From contig JAJDAL010000003.1 in NCBI GenBank assembly GCA_029261875.1, positions 58,815 to 122,814 of the forward strand: a stretch of DNA of 64,000 nt. The letters are read 5' to 3'. Within the stretch, counting starts at the first letter, position 1; every line of letters starts with the position of its first letter. Below the pieces are notes generated by a model. It made no database searches. It saw only the letters and a program-made list of their open reading frames with translations, and was not told where the DNA came from. The translations under genes were made by a program, and so were the position numbers. The stretch comes from Deltaproteobacteria bacterium. GTDB lineage: Bacteria; Myxococcota_A; UBA9160; JAJDAL01. Positions 57,667-64,000 of the stretch are shown one piece after another.

Positions 57667-58819
57667 GGGGCGTGGACAGAGCCTGGCGCCATACTTCGTG
57701 CAGGCGCCCGATTTGCCGGGCCGGATCGAACCGCATTCGAACCCGTTGCGGCGCGGTATCCGCAACGCGTTGGCGGAATCCCTCGTCGTCCATCACGTGG
57801 AGGATGGCGGCGGCGAGCGCGGTCGCATTTCGAACCGGAACGAGGCACCCCGTGGCTCCGGGTTCGATGACTTCGGGAATCCCCGCGGCGTCGGCACCGA
57901 TGACGGGAACCCCGACCGCATTGGCCTCGAGAATCACGCGTCCGAACCCCTCGTCGTGGGACGGTACCACCAGGACATCCAAGGACCGCAACAACTCCGC
58001 AACGTCGTCGCGGAAACCGACGAACTGAACGGGCGAGCTTCCATCCGGGTTCTGGGCGTAGCGCTTCATGGCATCGCGGTGCGAACGGGAGGTGTTGGGT
58101 GCATCGTCGCCGATGGCGACGAAGTGGATATCGGATCGACGCCCCCGCACGATCCGGGCGGCGTCGATGAACTCCGCGATGCCCTTTTCGGGTCGAAACA
58201 TTCCCAGGAAGCCCGCAATCAGACCGCTTTCTCCGAACCATCGTTCCCGCAGGTCCGGGCCGGGCTGGAAAACATCGAAGTCGACGAAATTGTAGATCAA
58301 CGCCGTTCGTCGCTCGGGAATTCGGTTCTGCATGTTCCGCAGCGACGCGCGCGAGTTTCCGACCACCCAAGCGGAGGACAGGGAGGGGTCGCGTGCGCGC
58401 TCGTGCGAAACCGGGCTTCGCACGTGGACGACCGCGGGTATTCCGAGCAGATTCGCCGCGGTGAGCGCGGCCGCGCGCCATTGGGTGTGATCCACGCAGT
58501 AGAGGAGGTCGACGTTTCGCTGGCGAAGCAAGCGAATCCATGCGAACACGCACGCCAAGTAGCGCCAGCTTCGACTCGCGGGGAGCGAGGGTTGGCAACA
58601 GACCGGCAGGTCGAGCGCGCGGACGCGCTGCGCACAATCGCCGGGGGCCGGCAGTGCGACGAGGGCATCGAATTCGCTTCGGTCGAAATGGCGCAGCAGA
58701 TCGAGCACGCTGTGAAGCGATCCGCCGATGGTGTTCGCGTGATCGTAGACCCACAGCACCCGGGGTTTCGCGCCGGGAGGCGGCGCGCTGGGCGAGGTCG
58801 GTGGGCGGCGATCGGGCAT
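57659..58819 (-). CDS. GT4 glycosyltransferase
   Basis: IGGS, PEKG, EGFGRVILEA, GIPEVI; start uncertain (58819 or 58855). Confidence 0.88.
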   Translation of the reverse strand: MPDRRPPTSPSAPPPGAKPRVLWVYDHANTIGGSLHSVLDLLRHFDRSEFDALVALPAPGDCAQRVRALDLPVCCQPSLPASRSWRYLACVFAWIRLLRQRNVDLLYCVDHTQWRAAALTAANLLGIPAVVHVRSPVSHERARDPSLSSAWVVGNSRASLRNMQNRIPERRTALIYNFVDFDVFQPGPDLRERWFGESGLIAGFLGMFRPEKGIAEFIDAARIVRGRRSDIHFVAIGDDAPNTSRSHRDAMKRYAQNPDGSSPVQFVGFRDDVAELLRSLDVLVVPSHDEGFGRVILEANAVGVPVIGADAAGIPEVIEPGATGCLVPVRNATALAAAILHVMDDEGFRQRVADTAPQRVRMRFDPARQIGRLHEVWRQALSTPRG

Positions 58820-58923
58820 CCGTCGTATGTTAGTCGGGCCGTACCCGGAGATCACTCGTTGAGGGCCGAAACCAGCGTGCGAACCGCGTCGACGATCGCT
58901 TCCGCATCATCCCTGGGTTCGCG

Positions 58924-60162
58924 ATGAAGCTTCGGTCCGGCACCCGAGCGGGCGAATGGCTGGAAGGCGTATTCGTCGCCATCGCGCTTTGCTGGGCCGC
59001 CCGCGCATTCGACCTCGCGCTCTACGGACGCGCGCCCCGCAACACCGCTCCGCATCCGGACCTCGCGTGGGGGTTGTTGGTCTTCGTGTTGGGAATGAGC
59101 AGCGTGTTTGCGCTGCGCGACCGGTCGCGATTCACCCCGCATTGGCGGCAGCTTTCGCTGCCGTTGTTCGTGGTCCTCGTGGCGCTGGCCTCCGTCGCTT
59201 GGTCTCAATCTGCCCTGGACACCGCCCGCGGTAGCCTGGCCTTTCTGGCGACAACGGGATTGGGGCTCTGGTTCGCCCATCGAACGGATTCGACCCGACA
59301 ACTGGAATGGGTTGCTTCGGTGCTGGCGATTCTGGGCGGATTGAGCTGGCTCCTGGTTGCCGCTTGGCCTGCGGTCGGTCTGGAGGTGGAGTATCGCGGC
59401 ACGAATTGGGCCGGCGTATTCGCGGATCGCAATACGCTGGGGTCGCGCATGGCGCTCGGCTGCATGCTGTGTGGGTTGCTGGCGGCCGCGGGGCGCCGGC
59501 CCGCGGCGTTCGGCATTGGAGCCGCGGTTTGTGGCATCGGGCTGGCGGGCAGTGGTGCGCGCACGGCGCAGGTTTCCGTCGCCGTGGGCTTACTTTGTTT
59601 GGGAAGTGCGATGTTGCTGCGTTCCGGACGCCGACCCTGGATCTGGGGACTGGGGTTCGTCGCGCTGGTGGGGGTCGGGGTCGCGCTGGGCGGTTCCGCT
59701 CGTTTCGTCGAATTCCTCGGTCGCGATCTGACGTTCAGCGATCGCACGGAAGTCTGGTCCGCATTGCTGCAACCCGCGCGCGAGCACGTGTGGCTCGGTC
59801 ACGGGTTCAACGCCTTCTGGCCCGACGCCGCTGCGGCCCAATGGTTCGACCTCGGTCGCACTCCGCTCCATGCCCACAACGGATGGCTCGACTTGCAATT
59901 GGAATTGGGACTGGCGGGCGTGTTGGTGTTTCTCGTCGGCTTGGGCATTTTTGCCCGTCGCTGGTTCGGCGCTCTTCGAACGCGAAACGGAATCCTCTCC
60001 CTCTGGCCCGGGGTTTTTCTCGCCATGTTTCTGGTCCAAAACGCCATGGGGAGTGCGCTGGTTCGTCAGAACCGAATCGAATGGGTGTTGCTCGTCGCCG
60101 CGATGGTGCAAGCGCAGCGGCGGCGAAATCCGTCCGAGGAAGGCCCTTACCCGCGCGCGTGA
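58924..60162 (+). CDS. O-antigen ligase/Wzy (ExoQ-like) polymerase
   Basis: WAGVFADRNTLG, GRDLTFSDRTEVW, LGHGFNAFW, HAHNGWLDL. Confidence 0.88.
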   Translation: MKLRSGTRAGEWLEGVFVAIALCWAARAFDLALYGRAPRNTAPHPDLAWGLLVFVLGMSSVFALRDRSRFTPHWRQLSLPLFVVLVALASVAWSQSALDTARGSLAFLATTGLGLWFAHRTDSTRQLEWVASVLAILGGLSWLLVAAWPAVGLEVEYRGTNWAGVFADRNTLGSRMALGCMLCGLLAAAGRRPAAFGIGAAVCGIGLAGSGARTAQVSVAVGLLCLGSAMLLRSGRRPWIWGLGFVALVGVGVALGGSARFVEFLGRDLTFSDRTEVWSALLQPAREHVWLGHGFNAFWPDAAAAQWFDLGRTPLHAHNGWLDLQLELGLAGVLVFLVGLGIFARRWFGALRTRNGILSLWPGVFLAMFLVQNAMGSALVRQNRIEWVLLVAAMVQAQRRRNPSEEGPYPRA

Positions 60163-60252
60163 GGAGTGACGACGCCTCGCCACCCCCGACGGCACCGCAA
60201 CGTTTTTCCGCTACCCTCCTGCGTCCCATAAGTCTCGAGGATCGTAAAGTCG

Positions 60253-62358
60253 ATGCCCCACACGATCGTGGCCGAGGAACTCCGGCTGCTCGCATGGGTC
60301 GCTGCGGCGCTAGCGCGCCTGCCGGCTCCCGAAAATGCTTCCGAGGATGCGCTCGTCGCAGAATTGCGCCGTCTGACCGGCGTCCTGGTGGCGGGAGAGG
60401 ACGGCAAAGACGCAGCGGCGTTGCGGGATCAGTGGCACCGCACGTCGTCCGTGCTGCGCCAGCTGCGCGACGGGCGACCCGATGCGGTGGTCGAAGCGGG
60501 TTCGCCGTATTTTGCCCACCTGCGATTGTGCGAGAACGGCGACGAGCGAGACCTTTGCATCGGACGGGCCACCTGCATCGACGGGGGGCTGCGCATCGTC
60601 GATTGGCGGGATGCGCCGATCTCCAAGATTTTTTACGGCTATCGCCAGGGCGACGAGTACGAGGAGAAGATCGCCGGGCGTTTGCGCGAGGGGCATGTGG
60701 TCGCGCGTCGCCTGGTGTCGATCCGAGACGGCGGGTTGGAGCGCGTCCAGGCACCCGAGGGCGATTTCGTCGTCGATCCAGCCTCGGAAGAAGGTTGGCG
60801 CGCGCTCGAGCGAGAGCGCTCGCGTCTCGCGGGCGGCGAAGGTTCCGCTACGCGCGCTCGCGTGCCGGAGTCGTCCCCCGGCAGCGGACGTTTTCGCGCC
60901 GGACTCGATCCGCGCGCCGAATCCGAGCGCGGGGACAAACATCTGCGCGAGATCACGGGTTTGATCGATCCCGAGCAATTCGACTTGATCTCGCGGCCGC
61001 GCGCGGGGTTTCTCGTCATCCGCGGGACCGCGGGGTCGGGCAAGACCACGGTGGCGCTGCACCGGGTGGCGTATCTCGCCTACGACGATCCGGACATCGA
61101 TTCCAATCGCAGCCTGGTCGTGGTGTTCTCGCCCGCGCTGCGAAATTACGTTTCCCACGTGTTGCCCGGACTCGGGTTGAATCACGTGCGGATTTCGACG
61201 TTTCAAGATTGGGCTGCGTCCGAGCGGCGACGCCATTTCCCGGCCTTCCCCCACCATTCGCGCGACGATACGCCGGCGGTCGTCCAGCGGTTGAAGCTGC
61301 ACCCGGCGCTCGGCGTCGCGTTGGAACGCCAAGTCGAGCGCGTTTCGGGCCAACGCAGCCGCGAGCAGGCGATCGACGATTGGTCGAGTGTGCTGACCCA
61401 AGCGGAATGGCTCGAAGACGTGCTCGGCGCCGAGGCGCCCGGGATCTTTTCGGCCGCGGCGATCGAAGAGTTCACAAGCTGGAACCGACGCCTGCTCGAA
61501 GATCTGAATGGATTCTTGGCGCGCGAACCGGAAAGTCGGGCCGCGCTCGATCCCGAAGATGACGCACTCCTGCTCCGCGCTTGGCAGCTACGCGTCGGTA
61601 CCCTGCGCGGTGGTCGGGGACGTCCCCTGCGCTTCCGCCACATCGCGGTCGATGAAGTGCAGGATTTCTCGCCCATCGAAGTGCGGGTATTGCTCGACTG
61701 TTTGCAGCGCGACGCGTCGATCACCCTGGCGGGCGACACGCAGCAGCACGTGTTCGAGGGCACCGGCTTCACGTCCTGGTCGGAGTTTCTCGATCGTTTG
61801 GGGGTCCCGGGGACGGCCGTCGATACCCTGCGCATCAGCTATCGATCCTCCCAGGAGATCGTCGACTTTGCCGGCGAAGTCCTGGGCGATTTGCGAGAAG
61901 ACGAACCCGCGGTTGCGATCAAGCACGGCCCGCCGGTGGAGCTCTTCCGGTTCTCGGAGCGGGGGGCCTGTGTGGCGTTTCTCGCCGAGGCGCTTCAGGA
62001 GTTGGTGCGCGTGGAGCCCACGGCTTCCGTCGCCATCCTCACGCCGTCGCGCGCTGCGAGTGAAGAATACTTTCGCGCGCTCCTGCGCAGCGAAGTCCCC
62101 GGAATTCGCTGCGTGCGAAACCAGGACTTTTCCTTCGCGTCCGGGATCGAGGTCAGTGAAATCGAGCAGGCCAAGGGGCTCGAATTCGACTACGTGATCC
62201 TGGTGGACGTAAACGCTGCGAACTACGCTGACACGCCCATGGACCGGCGTCGGCTGCACGTGGGAGCTACGCGGGCCGTCCATCAATTGTGGATGACGAC
62301 CCTGGGAACGCCATCGCCCTTGATTCCCCGGCGTGGCGACGACGCCTCGACGGCCTAG
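60253..62358 (+). CDS. HelD-like superfamily 1 helicase/ATPase
   Basis: SPYFAHL, IVDWRDAPIS, LREITGLIDPEQ, GTAGSGKTT, DEVQD, AKGLEFD, HVGATRA. Confidence 0.85.
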   Translation: MPHTIVAEELRLLAWVAAALARLPAPENASEDALVAELRRLTGVLVAGEDGKDAAALRDQWHRTSSVLRQLRDGRPDAVVEAGSPYFAHLRLCENGDERDLCIGRATCIDGGLRIVDWRDAPISKIFYGYRQGDEYEEKIAGRLREGHVVARRLVSIRDGGLERVQAPEGDFVVDPASEEGWRALERERSRLAGGEGSATRARVPESSPGSGRFRAGLDPRAESERGDKHLREITGLIDPEQFDLISRPRAGFLVIRGTAGSGKTTVALHRVAYLAYDDPDIDSNRSLVVVFSPALRNYVSHVLPGLGLNHVRISTFQDWAASERRRHFPAFPHHSRDDTPAVVQRLKLHPALGVALERQVERVSGQRSREQAIDDWSSVLTQAEWLEDVLGAEAPGIFSAAAIEEFTSWNRRLLEDLNGFLAREPESRAALDPEDDALLLRAWQLRVGTLRGGRGRPLRFRHIAVDEVQDFSPIEVRVLLDCLQRDASITLAGDTQQHVFEGTGFTSWSEFLDRLGVPGTAVDTLRISYRSSQEIVDFAGEVLGDLREDEPAVAIKHGPPVELFRFSERGACVAFLAEALQELVRVEPTASVAILTPSRAASEEYFRALLRSEVPGIRCVRNQDFSFASGIEVSEIEQAKGLEFDYVILVDVNAANYADTPMDRRRLHVGATRAVHQLWMTTLGTPSPLIPRRGDDASTA

Positions 62359-63674
62359 AGGTTGTATCCAGTTTCGTCGTGGAGCGAGAGGTCGAGGCCC
62401 GTCTTCTCGGCGCCTTCGTCGACCCGCAACCCCGTCGTCACATCGACCAGCTTGAGCAATCCAAAGCTCATGCCCGCGGTGTAGACGATGGTGATGGCCG
62501 CCGCTTTGAACTGAACCCAGAGCTGGGCCCCGATCGCGAGATCGCCCTGGTTGCCGCCGAACACCGAGGATGCGAACACCGCCGCCAGCATGATGCCGAC
62601 GAAGCCACCGACGCCGTGGACGCCAAACACGTCGAGGGAGTCGTCGTATCCCATGCTGCGCTTGAGCGAGGTGGCGGCGAGATAGCAAACGACTCCGGAA
62701 GCAAAGCCGATGGCGACGCCTCCGACGGGTCCGATGAAACCCGATGCCGGCGTCACCGCCGCGAGGCCGGCGATGGAGCCCGTTGCGGCCCCCAGGACGC
62801 TCGGCTTGCCGTGGCGCAACCACTCGATTCCCATCCAAGTCAGCGTCGCGGTAGAGGCCGAAATGTGCGTGACGACCAGCGCCATGGCGGCGTCGCCGTT
62901 GGCCGCGAGGGCGCTTCCGGCGTTGAAACCAAACCAACCGACCCACAGCATGGCGGTGCCCGTAACGGTCATGGTCAAATTGTGGGGCGGCATGGGGAGC
63001 TTGGGATAGCCCTCGCGTGCGCCGATCATCACGCACGCCACCAGTGCGGCGACGCCCGCCGTGATGTGCACGACGATTCCGCCGGCGAAGTCGAATACGC
63101 CCCAATCCGCAAACAGTCCACCTTCGCCGCCCCAGGTCATGTGACAGATGGGGGCGTAGACGAAGAGCAGCCAAAGGGTCGAGAACAGCAACACCGCGGA
63201 AAATTTCATGCGCTCTGCGAACGCGCCCACGATCAGTGCCGGCGTGATGATCGCGAAGGTCATCTGGAAGGCGAAGAAGAGCGCTTCGGGAATGGTTCCC
63301 GAAAGTGTGCTGCCGTCGATTCCGCGCAAAAAGATTTTCGACAGGCCGCCGATGAAGGAGCTCGCATTCACGACGCCCGCCGACATCCCGGTGCCGTCGA
63401 AAGAGAGGCTGTACCCGACGACCAGCCAGACCACACTCATCAGCGCGGCCAGGACCAGGCATTGCATCAGCACCGACAACACGTTCTTCGTGCGAACGAG
63501 GCCGCCGTAGAACAACGCGAGTCCCGGGAGGGTCATGAAGAGCACCAGGGCGGTGGAGGTCAAGATCCAGGACGTGTCCCCGGAGTCCAGGGCGTCTTGT
63601 GCCAAGGCACGCGAGGGGAGAAGCAGGGCGGCCGCCCCGAGGGTCATTCCAGCGTGAGTTCGAGAAAACTTCAT
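62355..63674 (-). CDS. amtB: Ammonium transporter
   Basis: MTLPGLALFYGG, FQMTFAIITPALI, DFAGGIVVH, LWVGWFGFNAGS, DDSLDVFGVHG. Confidence 0.97.
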   Translation of the reverse strand: MKFSRTHAGMTLGAAALLLPSRALAQDALDSGDTSWILTSTALVLFMTLPGLALFYGGLVRTKNVLSVLMQCLVLAALMSVVWLVVGYSLSFDGTGMSAGVVNASSFIGGLSKIFLRGIDGSTLSGTIPEALFFAFQMTFAIITPALIVGAFAERMKFSAVLLFSTLWLLFVYAPICHMTWGGEGGLFADWGVFDFAGGIVVHITAGVAALVACVMIGAREGYPKLPMPPHNLTMTVTGTAMLWVGWFGFNAGSALAANGDAAMALVVTHISASTATLTWMGIEWLRHGKPSVLGAATGSIAGLAAVTPASGFIGPVGGVAIGFASGVVCYLAATSLKRSMGYDDSLDVFGVHGVGGFVGIMLAAVFASSVFGGNQGDLAIGAQLWVQFKAAAITIVYTAGMSFGLLKLVDVTTGLRVDEGAEKTGLDLSLHDETGYNL

Positions 63675-63845
63675 GGGTCCGCAGCGCTCCGCCATCACAA
63701 GATGGATCTGGGGTTGGTTCGAGCGGTCGTCCCGGATGCCGCCCAAAATCCGGGCGATTCTATACCCAGCTGGGCGATTCGAGGCACACTTTCGCAGATG
63801 CGAGCGCAGAAATGGCGATTTGGATCGGGAAAGGACCCGATGAAG

Positions 63846-63876
63846 GGGTTCGCACCCGGAATGCGGATGCGAACCC
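63846..63876 (-). terminator. Stem-loop downstream of the PEP-CTERM gene (putative terminator/stabiliser)
   Basis: Minus strand GGGTTCGCATCCG-CATTC-CGGGTGCGAACCC: 13-bp stem with one G-U pair, weak U-tract. Confidence 0.5.
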
Positions 63877-63899
63877 GATGACCGGGTTGCGGTACAGGG

Positions 63900-64000
63900 T
63901 CAGGCTTTGTGGACCCGCTTGCGACCGACGACAGCGAGGGCGATCAGCCCACCGGCGGCCAGGGCGAAGGTGCCGGGTTCCGGTACCTGGGTGAGCCCCA
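63900..64000 (-). CDS. C-terminus of a PEP-CTERM sorting-domain protein (truncated by the window edge)
   Basis: Minus-strand translation GLTQVPEPGTFALAAGGLIALAVVGRKRVHKA*: VPEP, TM helix, basic tail. Absent from the ORF track. Confidence 0.9.
   Translation of the reverse strand, partial: GLTQVPEPGTFALAAGGLIALAVVGRKRVHKA

Noticed and set aside
60253-62358. Helicase as an anti-phage defence component
   Set aside because: Motifs match stand-alone HelD-like proteins, and there are no nuclease or defence partners nearby.
63681-63694. Sigma-54 promoter for amtB (TGGC-N6-CTGC on the minus strand)
   Set aside because: Spacing is one base short of the -24/-12 consensus and it overlaps the RBS region.
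1-64000. tRNA, rRNA, transposase, integrase or prophage genes
   Set aside because: None recognised by eye; intergenic spaces are short, and composition is uniform apart from small promoter patches.

Overview
GC-rich bacterial window, densely coding; I found no rRNA, tRNA, CRISPR array or mobile element. The gene repertoire suggests a Myxococcota/deltaproteobacterium-like organism (inference only). Contents left to right: the end of a type IV pilus/T2SS-like operon (Asp-repeat minor pilin fragment, a PilX-like pilin fused to DNRLRE-like and repeat domains, pilMNOP, secretin); a hidden selenoprotein (ArsC/Spx-like, UxxC, in-frame TGA plus SECIS-like hairpin) that the ORF track splits in two; a saccharopine-dehydrogenase-like enzyme; pqiA-pqiA-pqiB-pqiC; four alkaline-phosphatase-superfamily enzymes with non-canonical nucleophile motifs, two of them interleaved with GT-C-like membrane proteins; USP; a ketosteroid-dehydrogenase-like flavoprotein; a large lipoprotein resembling the LBP/BPI (TULIP) lipid-transfer fold, apparently coupled through a CTG start to a UbiB/ABC1 kinase, then MscS; ahcY; AOR plus moaD; a TetR-controlled aromatic ring-cleavage cluster; a CCA-adding-type enzyme; a PEP-CTERM-associated glycosylation/EPS locus; a HelD-like helicase; amtB; and the C-terminus of a PEP-CTERM protein at the right edge. 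Best leads: the Sec-recoded gene, the BPI-like lipoprotein/UbiB pair and the Thr-type 'sulfatase' + GT-C module. All family calls come from motif recognition by eye, not database searches.
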